From: a virus
DNA length: 45,610 nt
IMG/VR virus record: IMGVR_UViG_2853968202_000001
Span: 1-45,610 of that record
Strand: one strand, 5' to 3'
Shown here: one piece after another, positions 17,482-27,368 of the stretch
Layout: every line of letters starts with the position of its first letter
Numbering within the stretch: position 1 is the stretch's first letter
The notes under the pieces: generated by a model
Databases searched by the model: none
The model's input: only the letters and a program-made list of their open reading frames with translations
Told to the model about the DNA's origin: nothing
Position numbers and translations under genes: made by a program

Positions 17482-17967
17482 CTAGTTGCGAGACTGCTCG
17501 AACTGCCACAGCCGAGCGGCGGCCTTCTCCCCGCCCTCCATCGGCGAGTCGAGGATGCCCGATCCACCGCCAGTGCCAGCATCGGAGGGGGCGAGGTGGT
17601 CGACCCCGAAGCCGACGTTCGCGCGTTCGCTGACGGCGTCGAGGATACTCGAGAACGCGAGCTCGGCGTTCGGGCCCGGTCGGTTGCCCTCGATCCAGCC
17701 GGCGGTGACCGTGAGCCCGGCCTCAACCTCGTAGTCGACGAGGGCGGCGACGCCACGATCCGCCGAGGCGACGGCTTGGACGTCGATGATCAGCAGCGCC
17801 GGTGGGATGTCGTCAGGATCGGGAGCGGTCAGCGGGGTCCGGATCTGCTCGGTCGCATCGCCTGGAGAATCGCCGTCGCCGAGCGCCTCGAGCAGCGGGT
17901 CGTAGCTTCGCAGATCCGTGAGCGCCGCCTGCGTGAGGCCGGCCTCGTTGTCTGATCGGCGGGGCAT
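17482..17967 (-). CDS. Tail completion/terminator-like protein (161 aa), by position
   Basis: ATG start overlapping the upstream stop (TAATG). Position after the head-tail joining genes. Confidence 0.55.
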   Translation of the reverse strand: MPRRSDNEAGLTQAALTDLRSYDPLLEALGDGDSPGDATEQIRTPLTAPDPDDIPPALLIIDVQAVASADRGVAALVDYEVEAGLTVTAGWIEGNRPGPNAELAFSSILDAVSERANVGFGVDHLAPSDAGTGGGSGILDSPMEGGEKAAARLWQFEQSRN

Positions 17968-18287
17968 TACTCCTGGCCCTCGTCTCGATCTCGGTCGCCT
18001 AGATCGTGCGGCCCGACGCCGAACGCCTCGGCAATAGCGCGGACGTTCGCGGGACGTCGCGACCAGTCCTCGAGGTCGGCAAGTTCCCAGTACGCCTCGG
18101 GGCCGTCTTGGGCGAGTGCTTTCAGCATCTCCTGATGGATCGGACAGCTTTCGATCGGATCAGTGACGTCGCAATCCTGGCAGCGAGATCGGCGCTGAGC
18201 GAGATCTATGAACTCGGTACGCTCGGTGACTGCGAATCGCCATAGAGTCCGGGCTAGCGATGGGAGTGCTTTGAGTGTTCTGAGCAT
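17967..18287 (-). CDS. Hypothetical protein with Cys/His cluster (106 aa)
   Basis: ATG start. CQDCDVTDPIESCPIH motif. Embedded in the head-tail joining block. Confidence 0.55.
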   Translation of the reverse strand: MLRTLKALPSLARTLWRFAVTERTEFIDLAQRRSRCQDCDVTDPIESCPIHQEMLKALAQDGPEAYWELADLEDWSRRPANVRAIAEAFGVGPHDLGDRDRDEGQE

Positions 18288-18289
18288 GG

Positions 18290-18664
18290 TCAGAGAGCTC
18301 GAGCGGCCTGGTCCCAGCTTTTCGTGACCCGGTCGACAAGGTCCTGCTCGACCTTCCGCAGTGCCGGCCGGATCATCGGCTGAGCGCTCATATACACGGT
18401 CCCGAATTCGTTGTAGGCGCTGTGCTCAGCGCCGGCGATCAGGTGCGCAACGATCTTGCCAGTCATCTGCTCGACCTTGTTTCGGATCGAGTCGCGGAGC
18501 TCACCAGTGTCCACTCTGGCCCGGGACTGGGCCTCCTCGACGGCCTCATCGACAGTCGTTTCGACGTCGTCCTCGAGGCGGCCGAAGAACTCGTCTTTGA
18601 ATGTCTCGAGATCCTCGACAAGCGCGTCCGGACCCTGGCCGCTCGTCCAGTTGAAGTCGATCAC
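18290..18664 (-). CDS. HK97 gp10-family head-tail joining protein (124 aa)
   Basis: GTG start with GTGA overlap. VDTGELRDSI ... AEHSAYNEFGT ... AQPMIRPAL matches the gp10-family signature as I recall it. Confidence 0.8.
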   Translation of the reverse strand: MIDFNWTSGQGPDALVEDLETFKDEFFGRLEDDVETTVDEAVEEAQSRARVDTGELRDSIRNKVEQMTGKIVAHLIAGAEHSAYNEFGTVYMSAQPMIRPALRKVEQDLVDRVTKSWDQAARAL

Positions 18665-19065
18665 GACGTGACCACCTCGAGCTCGAGGCGGACGGCCTCG
18701 GGAACGCGACCGTTCGGGCCCGGTACCTCCGCGACGCTTTCGATCGAGCGCCGTCGAGGGTCGCGATCGCTACGATGGAGCTCGACGCGACGGTCGATGC
18801 CTGGACGGAGCCGATCGTCGAGAAGGTAGGTACCGTCGCCGGCGATCTCGCCGACATGGCGCGGATGGATCGAGACGAAAGCGGTGTCTTGGATGCGCTC
18901 GCCAGTGTCCTCGTCGACGATCGTTTTGCCTTCGGGGGAGTAGCGGGCAGGGATCTCCTCGGCGATCGCGACCCAGTCCTCGATCGGCTGGGTGCCGCCC
19001 ATGCCGTCATCCTCGGTCTCGCCGGTCTCGACGTAGGCCGAGATCGTGATTGTGGCGTTCTCCAT
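18661..19065 (-). CDS. Head-closure / head-tail adaptor protein (134 aa), by position
   Basis: ATG start. Size and order are those of SPP1 gp16 / HK97 gp9-type adaptors. Confidence 0.6.
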   Translation of the reverse strand: MENATITISAYVETGETEDDGMGGTQPIEDWVAIAEEIPARYSPEGKTIVDEDTGERIQDTAFVSIHPRHVGEIAGDGTYLLDDRLRPGIDRRVELHRSDRDPRRRSIESVAEVPGPNGRVPEAVRLELEVVTS

Positions 19066-19074
19066 GATGGGCCG

Positions 19075-19488
19075 TTATCTGACCTCGGGGACGTCTATCG
19101 ACGCCGTCGGCTTGTTGGCGTCAGCCAGCTTGCCGGACTGGTCGAGGTTGACAGCCTGCTGCCCGAGCGACGTGCTTCGGTAGTCGTCATGGTTGTAGTC
19201 GCCGACGTAGGACGCAGATGAGCCGTCCGCATCCGATTCGGACGTCGTCTGTCGGAGCTCGTCGATGTCGCTCGCGAGGATGAAGTGGCCTGCAAGGTAC
19301 GTCTCGATCTTCTCGAGCCGGCGATCGGACTGCTCAGTCTCGCTGAGGTCTTCGGTGACGACCATGTTCGCGTCGTCGATGAAGACCGTTAGTTGGTTGT
19401 CCTCGAGGCCGGTCGTGTCCCATCCGTCAAGCGTGAGTCGCTGACGAACCTTCCCCGGAGTCGTCCGGTGGTCCTCGGTTGTCGCCAT
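19075..19488 (-). CDS. Head-tail connector (gp6-like) protein (137 aa), by position
   Basis: ATG start. Second gene downstream of the major capsid gene, after the small 19494-19814 gene. Confidence 0.55.
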   Translation of the reverse strand: MATTEDHRTTPGKVRQRLTLDGWDTTGLEDNQLTVFIDDANMVVTEDLSETEQSDRRLEKIETYLAGHFILASDIDELRQTTSESDADGSSASYVGDYNHDDYRSTSLGQQAVNLDQSGKLADANKPTASIDVPEVR

Positions 19489-19493
19489 GTGCG

Positions 19494-19814
19494 TTACTCC
19501 TCGAGCTCGCCGATCCGAGATTCGATAGCGGAGACGGCCGTGTCCCGTTCGTCGTTCTTGTGCTCGCGCTCGAGCATCGCCTCGGCAGTCTCGATGTCCT
19601 CGACGTCACCGAGGGCGGCCTTGATCTCCTCGACCGTGGATTCGGCTGGGTCAGGTGGCTTTTCGCCGCTGTCTGGGCCGTCGACTCGCTCGAGCGTTCG
19701 CGGGTGGTTCTCGAGAGTGGCCTCGTCGACCTCGAGCTCGTCACCGTTTGCGTACCGTTCGCCGCCGTAGCCGAACGAACGACCGGCGACGCGGACAGGG
19801 ATCTCGTCAGCCAT
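19494..19814 (-). CDS. Small acidic protein next to the capsid gene (106 aa)
   Basis: ATG start 1 nt after the MCP stop. The C-terminal helix-rich segment STVEEIKAALGDVEDIETAEAML looks like a helix-extension-helix motif. Confidence 0.6.
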   Translation of the reverse strand: MADEIPVRVAGRSFGYGGERYANGDELEVDEATLENHPRTLERVDGPDSGEKPPDPAESTVEEIKAALGDVEDIETAEAMLEREHKNDERDTAVSAIESRIGELEE

Positions 19815-19815
19815 G

Positions 19816-20967
19816 CTAGATCCCCGTCATTCGGACGATGCCGCGAATACCGTCAGGCTGGCGCCGGACGAACGGCATCCGGCTCGCGACGAGCTTGTGT
19901 CGGCGTGCGTGTCCTCCATCGATGTCCCAGGCAGTGTTGGTCATGCCCTGGGCGTTGACGATCCCGAAGTAGCGCGGGTCGTTGAGCAGGAAGATCGCGG
20001 TGTCGCCGGCGAGACGCGGCGCCGGGAGCACGTTGATGTAGGGGTACTTCCGCTCGATGCGATCGATGAGCGGCTCGTCGACCGCACCGGAGTCAGGCTG
20101 GTAGTCCTGTCGAGTGACGTTGCCCCACTGCTGGCGCGGGACCAGCAGGTAGCCGCCGACCTGGTCGACGAGCGGGACGTCGTCAGTGTCCTCGACGTCC
20201 TCCTGGTCCTCGATCTGGTCGTGGAGGTGGTCGAAGTCGTCAAGGACGACCTGCGCGTCGTCCCAGCCGGCGCCGGTCGAGCCGGTCTGAATGATCTGCG
20301 AGGTGTCGGAATTGAGGCCGGTGACGCTAACGGATCCGAAGTCCTCCATCTCCCACGTTCCGCCCCAGCCGTTGAACAGGACATGAGCCTCGCGACGGTT
20401 GATCGCACGACGGGCTTCTCGAGCCTGGTCAGTCTCGGGCTCCTCGCCGTGGGCTCGGCGAACCTCCATCTCGCGGCCGTCGAGCTCGTAGTCGACGTGA
20501 ACCACGGGCTGTGCGACGGCGTCGACGCCCGATCGCGTTCGGTCCTGGCGGGAGCGCGATCGCGGGTTCATGGAGACGTCGGCCTCCATCCGGCCAGCCT
20601 GTAGGCTCGTCGCGTACACGTAGTTCGCGAGCGAGGATGGGATGTTGAAACCGGCGCCGAGTAGCGTGTCAATGATCGTCGACTGGACGAACTGCTCGTT
20701 CAGTACCTCATCACCGAACTCGATGCCCGACTGGTACCCGTAGGGACTGTCGGCGGTGATCTCCTCTTTCCCTTCGGGCTGCTTGATGCCGGCCTGGATG
20801 TCAAGCTGCTCCCACATCTCGGGGGAGTGGCCCGACTTGGCGCGAATCTCTTTGAGTGCGCGCTCTCGAGCGTCCTTGAAGGGGTTGAAGAACGCCGTGA
20901 TGTGCTCGTCCTCTGCTTCGTCCTGGAACTCACTGTGCGTCGAAACGTACGTCTCACTAGTTGCCAT
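19816..20967 (-). CDS. Major capsid protein, HK97 fold (383 aa)
   Basis: ATG start. Size and position (after protease/scaffold and the decoration-like gene, before the connectors). No other capsid-sized ORF in the module. Confidence 0.8.
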   Translation of the reverse strand: MATSETYVSTHSEFQDEAEDEHITAFFNPFKDARERALKEIRAKSGHSPEMWEQLDIQAGIKQPEGKEEITADSPYGYQSGIEFGDEVLNEQFVQSTIIDTLLGAGFNIPSSLANYVYATSLQAGRMEADVSMNPRSRSRQDRTRSGVDAVAQPVVHVDYELDGREMEVRRAHGEEPETDQAREARRAINRREAHVLFNGWGGTWEMEDFGSVSVTGLNSDTSQIIQTGSTGAGWDDAQVVLDDFDHLHDQIEDQEDVEDTDDVPLVDQVGGYLLVPRQQWGNVTRQDYQPDSGAVDEPLIDRIERKYPYINVLPAPRLAGDTAIFLLNDPRYFGIVNAQGMTNTAWDIDGGHARRHKLVASRMPFVRRQPDGIRGIVRMTGI

Positions 20968-20978
20968 CTTGAATCACC

Positions 20979-21437
20979 TCACTCGAACTCCACGATCGCC
21001 ATGTCCGTTCCGTCGACGTCGATGATCTCCTTGACGTGGCCGACGATCGTCCCAGGGTCGCCAGTCCCGTCACTACCAGTCGAAGTCAGCGCTCCATCGG
21101 CGTCCCAGCCGACAGCGTCATCGGCAGTGGCATCGGATACCTGGCAACGGGCCTGGTCGTGATCTCCGAAGCCGACCGTCTCGACGTGTTCGTCCGTGCT
21201 GTAGCTCTGGGAAAGCGGGCTCTCACCCTCGACGCCGAGACCGCGGGGCGGGTTACGAGCTTCACGGACGACTCGACTCGTCGCCTCGTCGGCGTTCGCC
21301 GAGCGCACGCGCTTCTCGCCGTTCTCATCCTCGTAGATGACACAGCCCGTGCCGGGGTCGAGTGCCTCGTCGGCGAAACCCTCCTCGTAGGAGGCCTGGT
21401 TGTGGAGCTTTGCGATGACTGCGTTAGGGGTTGCCAT
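20979..21437 (-). CDS. Head decoration / DUF2190-like protein (152 aa)
   Basis: ATG start. Small G/D/A-rich protein directly upstream of the MCP gene. The family assignment is from memory only. Confidence 0.4.
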   Translation of the reverse strand: MATPNAVIAKLHNQASYEEGFADEALDPGTGCVIYEDENGEKRVRSANADEATSRVVREARNPPRGLGVEGESPLSQSYSTDEHVETVGFGDHDQARCQVSDATADDAVGWDADGALTSTGSDGTGDPGTIVGHVKEIIDVDGTDMAIVEFE

Positions 21438-21461
21438 ATATTGTCACCTCTAGAATTGTTG

Positions 21462-23000
21462 TTATTCCTGGACGCCGGTACCGAAGGCATCGAGGTCGTC
21501 CTCGTCGGCGTCGGCGCCGGCCGTGACCTGCGAGCGCGCTCCCGCGGATCCCGGTAGCGAGGCGCCCGTCGTTCGCGTAGCCTGCGAGTGGATCTTCTCG
21601 AGCATGTCCGAGGCGACGAGCTCCTCGCGGTCGTCCTCGTCCCACTGCTCGCTCGAGGCGATGACCTCCTTGGCCATCTCCTCACGGTCCTGCGAAGCCG
21701 TGGCCTCACTGACAGCTTCGGTTACTTTCGTCTCGAGGAACCTGTCGAAGTCTTCGTGATCGCCGATGTCGACCTCGACCGTATTGCCATCGTCGCCGGC
21801 GTCAGCGTCGGGATCGTCGGGGTCGTCGGGAGTCTGTCCACCGTCGTCCGTGGGATCGTCTGGATCGCTCATGTCGTTCTCCGTGTCTGTGTCGTCGTCC
21901 GCTCCGGGTTCCGCCGGTTCGTTAGGTTCCTGTTCCTGATCACTCGCGACGATCACGCCGTCGGGAGCTACGGTGACGGTCGCCGAGTCAACGTAGTAGC
22001 CGCCGTCGCCGGTCGGGATGTGTTCGGACTTTTCGCCGTCCTCCGTGACATACCGAAGCGATGCGTAGACCGTCGCCGCCTCCTCGAGCGCTTCATCGAG
22101 CTCGACCTCCTCGTCGGTTCGATGATCGCCAGGTTGATGCGGCATCCCGTCACCGATCGACGGTCCGAGGCCAGGCCCGACGTCAGGGAACTCCTCGCCC
22201 TCAAGGTGGAGGCTCGCCATCCAGCCGGCGTCATCGAAGGCGGCATCGGAGACGGTGACCGTCTCGCCATCGGACGTCTGATCCGAGAGATACAACATGC
22301 CGCTCGTACCACCCTGTGGGAGCAGGCCAACATCCTCGGCCATCTCCCGGATCTTCTCTCGCAGCGAACTCGACTCGTCTGCTGTATCAGCCGCCGTCAC
22401 CGAGTCGATCTCCTTGCCGATGTCTGCCTGGCGTGTCCAGGAAGCAAGCGCCCGGTTCGGACCCCACTCGGCAGTGTTGCTCTCACTCATTCCCTTCGAG
22501 ACTACCGACAAATCTAGGAAGTTGACCGACTCGGGATCCGGGATGTAGGCGCCGGTCTCGGGATCTCGCTCGTCAGTGAGTTCGAACTGCGGATGTACCG
22601 AGACCTCGTAGTTGCCGGCCTCGACGCCGCTCGCGATCGCCTCGTCGTGGGTGTTGGCCTCGTAGATGAGGCCCTTCCCCTCAACGTAGCCTGCCTTTGG
22701 AACTTTCCCAGGAGACTTGTCGACCGGCGGGGGATAGATCGGGTTCCCGTTGTCGTCAGCGGGGTGATCAATTGATAGCGGTTCGCCTGCTTGAGTCTCG
22801 GCAGCTGTCGCGAGGACCTCCGGAGTAAACAGGACCGGCGTGCCGTCGTCCGTGTAGAGGATGTCGTTCTCTCCGACGGCGACCCCGCCGAAGCGCCAGC
22901 CGTCTGTATCCTCGTCGTCCTCGTCACCGGCCGTAAGTTCGACCGTGCGAGCCGAGACGCGAATGTTGTGTTCGTCTTTCATCTTTCCTCCGGAGCCCAT
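21462..23000 (-). CDS. Prohead protease / scaffolding fusion protein (512 aa)
   Basis: ATG at 23000 (alternative at 22982). The N-terminal ~190 aa are globular (SIDHPADDNG, DLSVVSKGMS). The remainder is an extremely acidic, low-complexity, scaffold-like region. Lies between the MuF-like gene and the capsid gene. Confidence 0.55.
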   Translation of the reverse strand: MGSGGKMKDEHNIRVSARTVELTAGDEDDEDTDGWRFGGVAVGENDILYTDDGTPVLFTPEVLATAAETQAGEPLSIDHPADDNGNPIYPPPVDKSPGKVPKAGYVEGKGLIYEANTHDEAIASGVEAGNYEVSVHPQFELTDERDPETGAYIPDPESVNFLDLSVVSKGMSESNTAEWGPNRALASWTRQADIGKEIDSVTAADTADESSSLREKIREMAEDVGLLPQGGTSGMLYLSDQTSDGETVTVSDAAFDDAGWMASLHLEGEEFPDVGPGLGPSIGDGMPHQPGDHRTDEEVELDEALEEAATVYASLRYVTEDGEKSEHIPTGDGGYYVDSATVTVAPDGVIVASDQEQEPNEPAEPGADDDTDTENDMSDPDDPTDDGGQTPDDPDDPDADAGDDGNTVEVDIGDHEDFDRFLETKVTEAVSEATASQDREEMAKEVIASSEQWDEDDREELVASDMLEKIHSQATRTTGASLPGSAGARSQVTAGADADEDDLDAFGTGVQE

Positions 23001-23049
23001 GTCCTCGCCATCAGGCGTGTTAGAGGTGGGTCATCGGTGGGCCCAGAAC

Positions 23050-23895
23050 CTAGATCGTCTCTTCTGTCGGAATCAGCCAGCAACGGCACCGCGGATGGGT
23101 GTCGCGAACTGGTTTCGGCGCCTCGCCGCTGCGTATCTCGGATATCTTGTAGGCGTTGCCCTCGAGCGCTTGGCACTGTTCGCAGACGTTCGAGTCGCCT
23201 GCAGTGGTCCACGAGTTCAAGGGCTCGTCGTCAATCGTGATCGCGGGCTCCTCGACCTCGACACCGAGCTCGTCGATCCCAGCCTGTTCGTATCGGGAGA
23301 GCCCGCCGTCGGCGATGAGCTCGACGCCGCGGGCCTCCGAGATGAGGTCGGTCCGGTTGCGACCAGTCTTGTCGACGCGGTCGTTCACTGCAGCAACGAG
23401 CCCAGCGACCGCAGCCCCCTCACGAACACCGGATCGGTACTCGCGAGTGGCCTCCTCCTCGGCTGCTCGGACAGCATCCTCGACGTCTTGATAGACCTCG
23501 AGGCGCTCCTCGCGGAGCTCGTCAGCGTAGGGCTCGCTCTTGGCGAGCTGTCGATAGTCCTGTCCGGTCGGGACGTCAACGCCAACCTTCCGGAGTTCCT
23601 GGTCGGCTCGCTTGAGCGCGTGAGTGTAGAGTTCGTCAACGTGCTCGGCAGTCCAGTGGCGACCGCGCTCAACGTCGCGAGTTGCGGCGGGCTCGAGGAC
23701 GGTCGTGTAGACGAGATCCTCGAACCAGTCACGAAAGTCGCCAACTTGTCGGGCGTCGGACCGATCCGACTGCGGCCGGAACCGGTCGCGCTTGAGTGCT
23801 CGACGAACCTCACCTCGGACGTCACGCCAGCGCCGGCGAAACTTCCGAGCGAATCGGTCGCGCTTGCTCGCCGATCGAGTGGGATCTGTCGCCAT
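23050..23895 (-). CDS. Head morphogenesis protein, Mu F / SPP1 gp7 family (281 aa)
   Basis: C-terminal signature DSNVCEQCQALEGNAY ... PKPVRDTHPRCRCWL. Directly downstream of the portal gene. Confidence 0.85.
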   Translation of the reverse strand: MATDPTRSASKRDRFARKFRRRWRDVRGEVRRALKRDRFRPQSDRSDARQVGDFRDWFEDLVYTTVLEPAATRDVERGRHWTAEHVDELYTHALKRADQELRKVGVDVPTGQDYRQLAKSEPYADELREERLEVYQDVEDAVRAAEEEATREYRSGVREGAAVAGLVAAVNDRVDKTGRNRTDLISEARGVELIADGGLSRYEQAGIDELGVEVEEPAITIDDEPLNSWTTAGDSNVCEQCQALEGNAYKISEIRSGEAPKPVRDTHPRCRCWLIPTEETI

Positions 23896-23904
23896 GCGTG
23901 AGCG

Positions 23905-25521
23905 TTAGTCGTCGTCCGCCGGCGCACCGTTGGCATCTGCGCCGTTGCTCTCGGCGCCGGTGCCGATCCCCATCTCTTCGGCTGCCTGTTGGACGTCGGC
24001 ATCGCTTTCGTCAATGTTCGACTCGGCACTGTTCGCGATTTCGTCGTCGAGCTCGGTCGGGAGCGTTCCCTCGCGATAGAACTCGAGTTGCTGCTCACGA
24101 GTCAGCAGGTCGTCGGGATAGCCTGCGGTCGCTGTGTTTAGGAACTCCGCACGAGTCTTCTTGATCGACGCGACCTCGGACTCGTCCGTTTCGGCGAGCG
24201 GCGGCCAGGAGACGTCGTACCCGCCGATCTCTCGATTTTCAGCCTGGCCGGCCGGCGCAATGAGGACCCCGTACCGGAGACAGCGATCGATGATCTCACG
24301 AACGAACGTCGGAGTCACGAACTCCTCGCGGCGGGACTGGATCTTGCCGTACCACTCTCGGAGATCCTGCTGGGTCGCCCGCTCGCCCGTCTCGTTGCCC
24401 TTGAGGACCGACTGCGGAATGCCGACCTGAGCCGAGATGGCTGCGACGTTCGGATCGATGATCGGCTGGGGGTCAATCGTTTCGCCGCCGAGGTTCTGGA
24501 CGTCGTCGGCGCCCTCGGTCCGCAGGATCGGCTCGAGTCCGTAGTACCAGCGCTGGAGGTGATCCCGGAGGTTGTCCCCTCCATCCTCGAGCTGGTAGTC
24601 CGGCGAGATGTTGACGTTGATCCCCCACGCCGAGGCGCGGTAGGCGACCTCGCCAGCGGAGCCGAGTGCCTTCTCGATGTCGACGAGATTGTTCCAGATC
24701 GGTTCCTGGCGCGGCGTCCCGCGGATCTCGTCGTCGAGCAGGCCGTCGCTCGGGATGTGGACGACTCGAGAGTGGTGAATCTCGAGCTCGGTCGGCCCGT
24801 TGTGGCTGACTGCGTCATCCTCGTCGTCGAGATCGACGTGGTAGACGTTGGGCTCTCCCCAGCGTCCGGATCCCGGCCCACCGAGCTCGATCTCGTCGAC
24901 GGAGGCCTGCGAGAAGGGGCGGAGGCCGTTGAGCTCTGAAACCGAGTTTTCGTCGACCTCGTCGGCGAACCCTTCCGGCGAATCAATGTCGTCGAACTCG
25001 AGGACGAGGATGCCGAACTCACCGATCCCCGAGAGCTTGTCTGCTCGGTGCGTGTAGTGCCACAATCGAAGATCCTCGACGAGGTGCTCGACCTCTTGCT
25101 CGAACTCGGTCTGTTCGTCGTCGGCAGTCTCACCTCGATCCTCGATCTGTGGGGCATCACGCCAGGTCGTGTCGACGGGCTGGTCGCAGACCGCCCTCGC
25201 GTAGGCGTTCCGCAGGTACATCCCGTAGTAGTCTTCGACCTCGGGATCCTCGTCCCAGCCGAAGACGTCGTACTTGTCCTGGCCACCGCCGATCTCGGAA
25301 TCGATCGCGGCCGTCAGCGCGTGCCGCATCTGCATGTCTGCACGCTGGCGCTGCTCGGCAGCCGTGATCTCGTAGGTCTCCGAGTCGTCAGTCTCCGCGC
25401 CGGCGGCTGCCCGGAGATCGATCGACGGTGCCTCGTGAACGTCGCTGGCCTCGAGGACGCCCCGGATGTCTCTGTGCGTCGGGCCGTAGACCTCGCGTTT
25501 GTCGTCGGTAGGTGCACCCAT
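23905..25521 (-). CDS. Portal protein (538 aa)
   Basis: ATG start 4 nt after the TerL stop. Size and TerL-portal-MuF order. Confidence 0.8.
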   Translation of the reverse strand: MGAPTDDKREVYGPTHRDIRGVLEASDVHEAPSIDLRAAAGAETDDSETYEITAAEQRQRADMQMRHALTAAIDSEIGGGQDKYDVFGWDEDPEVEDYYGMYLRNAYARAVCDQPVDTTWRDAPQIEDRGETADDEQTEFEQEVEHLVEDLRLWHYTHRADKLSGIGEFGILVLEFDDIDSPEGFADEVDENSVSELNGLRPFSQASVDEIELGGPGSGRWGEPNVYHVDLDDEDDAVSHNGPTELEIHHSRVVHIPSDGLLDDEIRGTPRQEPIWNNLVDIEKALGSAGEVAYRASAWGINVNISPDYQLEDGGDNLRDHLQRWYYGLEPILRTEGADDVQNLGGETIDPQPIIDPNVAAISAQVGIPQSVLKGNETGERATQQDLREWYGKIQSRREEFVTPTFVREIIDRCLRYGVLIAPAGQAENREIGGYDVSWPPLAETDESEVASIKKTRAEFLNTATAGYPDDLLTREQQLEFYREGTLPTELDDEIANSAESNIDESDADVQQAAEEMGIGTGAESNGADANGAPADDD

Positions 25522-25524
25522 AAG

Positions 25525-26850
25525 TTACCAGACCCCCGTGCCGGAGTTGTCCTCGTCCTCCTCGACGTAGCGGTCGCCCATCACGGCGTAGCGGGTGACG
25601 TCGAGGCAGTGATCATCAGCTCGAGCAGTCCCGACGTCGTCCTCCTTGTAGGACTGGAACTCCTGGATGAGCTCGGTGAGGTCGTCGACGACGATCAGTC
25701 CCGGTCCAACCTCGTCGACCTCGAGGACAGCCTGCACTTCTTGGATCCCCTCGTCGAGGTCCTTGGTCGCCGCCTCGGCAGGGTAGCCGGCGTCGCGGAA
25801 CTTCTGGATGTGCTCGGGGTCGTGGTCGCAGTAGATCGGACCGACCGGCTTGTCGTTGTCCTGCAGCCACGAGATCGCGTGCTCGACGGACTTCCCCGTC
25901 TCGTAGTAGGCGTCCCAGGCGACGTACTGATCGGCGTGGGTCTTCCCGTACTCGATCAGCACTCGCGGGTCGCCCCACCCGTAGTCGTAGCCGTACAGGC
26001 GGATGTCGTCGCGGATCTCGATGTCCTCGCGCGGACGGACGTGCGTGTTTCGAGAAAACGAGTCGTAGACCAGTCCCTCCGCAGCGGCGAAGCCGCCATG
26101 TAGGCCCTGCTCTTCGCGAGCGGTGCCTTTGAACTGGCGCTTGATCTTCTCGAGGCCGTCCTCCGGGAGCAGCGTGTTGTGCTCCGTGCTCGCGACGACG
26201 ACCTCGAGGCGATCGCGCCACGGGAGCGGCATCTCGCCGCCGTCGCCGTCGGGCTGGACCTGGCGCTCGGTGATGTCGAAGTACTGGTTGAATCCGTTCC
26301 CGGTCGACGTCCAGAGCGTCGTGTTGGGCCCGACGTCGGTCCGCTGTCGGGTCGTGAGCATCCGGTGGAGGTCGTACAGATCGGTCTGCGGCGGGTAGTG
26401 GGCGACCTCGTCGCACCAGATCCTCGCGAACTCCCCGCCGGCGAACCGCGACCACTTGTCGGCGCCGCCGAGCCAGACGGTGTGGCCGGTCACGTAGACG
26501 ACGCGCTTGTCGTTGGCGTTGTAGTCGTCGACGATCGGCGAGTTCTCCGGGTCGCCATCCTTGAACGGGTTCGTGTCCTCACCAGGTAGCGTCTTGAAAT
26601 AAACGCTGTAGGTCGTCGATTTGCCCTTTTCGTAGTCCTGGGCCATCACGAGGCTTTCGCCGACGCCCTCGGTATCTGTCATCCCGCCGCGATGGATCCA
26701 CTGCGCACCGCATCGGGACTTGCCACCCCCGTAGCCGATCCGGAGTACGACGACGTCGCAGTCGCCGTCCTCGAGGAGATCGCGGACGTGCGCCTGGTAG
26801 TCGGTCCACTGGTAGCTGACAGTCTCGACGGTTTCGGTGCTCGAGCTCAT
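25525..26850 (-). CDS. terL: Terminase large subunit (441 aa)
   Basis: Walker A-like IGYGGGKS. Walker B IWCDEVAHY. Nuclease-domain acidic motifs YGYDYGWGDP and ADDHCLDVTRYAV. ATGA overlap with the upstream gene. Confidence 0.9.
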   Translation of the reverse strand: MSSSTETVETVSYQWTDYQAHVRDLLEDGDCDVVVLRIGYGGGKSRCGAQWIHRGGMTDTEGVGESLVMAQDYEKGKSTTYSVYFKTLPGEDTNPFKDGDPENSPIVDDYNANDKRVVYVTGHTVWLGGADKWSRFAGGEFARIWCDEVAHYPPQTDLYDLHRMLTTRQRTDVGPNTTLWTSTGNGFNQYFDITERQVQPDGDGGEMPLPWRDRLEVVVASTEHNTLLPEDGLEKIKRQFKGTAREEQGLHGGFAAAEGLVYDSFSRNTHVRPREDIEIRDDIRLYGYDYGWGDPRVLIEYGKTHADQYVAWDAYYETGKSVEHAISWLQDNDKPVGPIYCDHDPEHIQKFRDAGYPAEAATKDLDEGIQEVQAVLEVDEVGPGLIVVDDLTELIQEFQSYKEDDVGTARADDHCLDVTRYAVMGDRYVEEDEDNSGTGVW

Positions 26851-27338
26851 TCGTCGTTGTTCTCTTCGCTCCAGGGTGTTTCGACGACCTGTTCGCTAAA
26901 GTTGATCTGGACCGGACCGCCGCCGTCGCCAGTGTGCTCGATCTTGTCGTTCGGGAAGATCCCCGCCTTGTCGCAGATCTGTCGGTACTCGCGAAGGAAT
27001 CGCTCGTCTCCGGAGCGCTTGAACTGCTCGAGCGCGACGCCGGCCATCATCCGGGCGTGCTGCTGCGACCCCTCGGGTGTCGAGAGGATCTTCTCGAGAT
27101 TCGTGACTCGGTCGGCCTCCTCCTCAGTGAGGTAGTCCTCGAGGAAGCTCTCGCGATAGGCGCCATGCTTCGCGGCATTCTGTGATGATGTGTCCTTCCC
27201 TTCCTCCGTATTGGGGCCTGTCGAGCTCCCGCCGTGGAACTTGCACGGACCGTCATCGTTCTCGGTTCCCCACCCCTTCGGGTGGCCGCACGGCTCGCCG
27301 TTCCGGTTCGTTCCGGGGCACCTATCCTCGTCGTTCAT
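26847..27338 (-). CDS. Putative terminase small subunit with an N-terminal Cys/His cluster (163 aa)
   Basis: Translationally coupled to terL. CPGTNRNGEPCGHPKGWGTENDDGPCKFHGG, then NAAKHGAY. The call rests mainly on position. Confidence 0.55.
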   Translation of the reverse strand: MNDEDRCPGTNRNGEPCGHPKGWGTENDDGPCKFHGGSSTGPNTEEGKDTSSQNAAKHGAYRESFLEDYLTEEEADRVTNLEKILSTPEGSQQHARMMAGVALEQFKRSGDERFLREYRQICDKAGIFPNDKIEHTGDGGGPVQINFSEQVVETPWSEENNDE

Positions 27339-27368
27339 GGGGTTCGTTTCGTTATATTTCGGAGACCG

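Noticed and set aside
16575-17967. A contractile (myovirus-type) tail.
   Set aside because: No sheath-sized ORF (about 400-500 aa) lies between the head-tail joining genes and the chaperone/TMP. A 167-aa tube-type protein occupies that slot.
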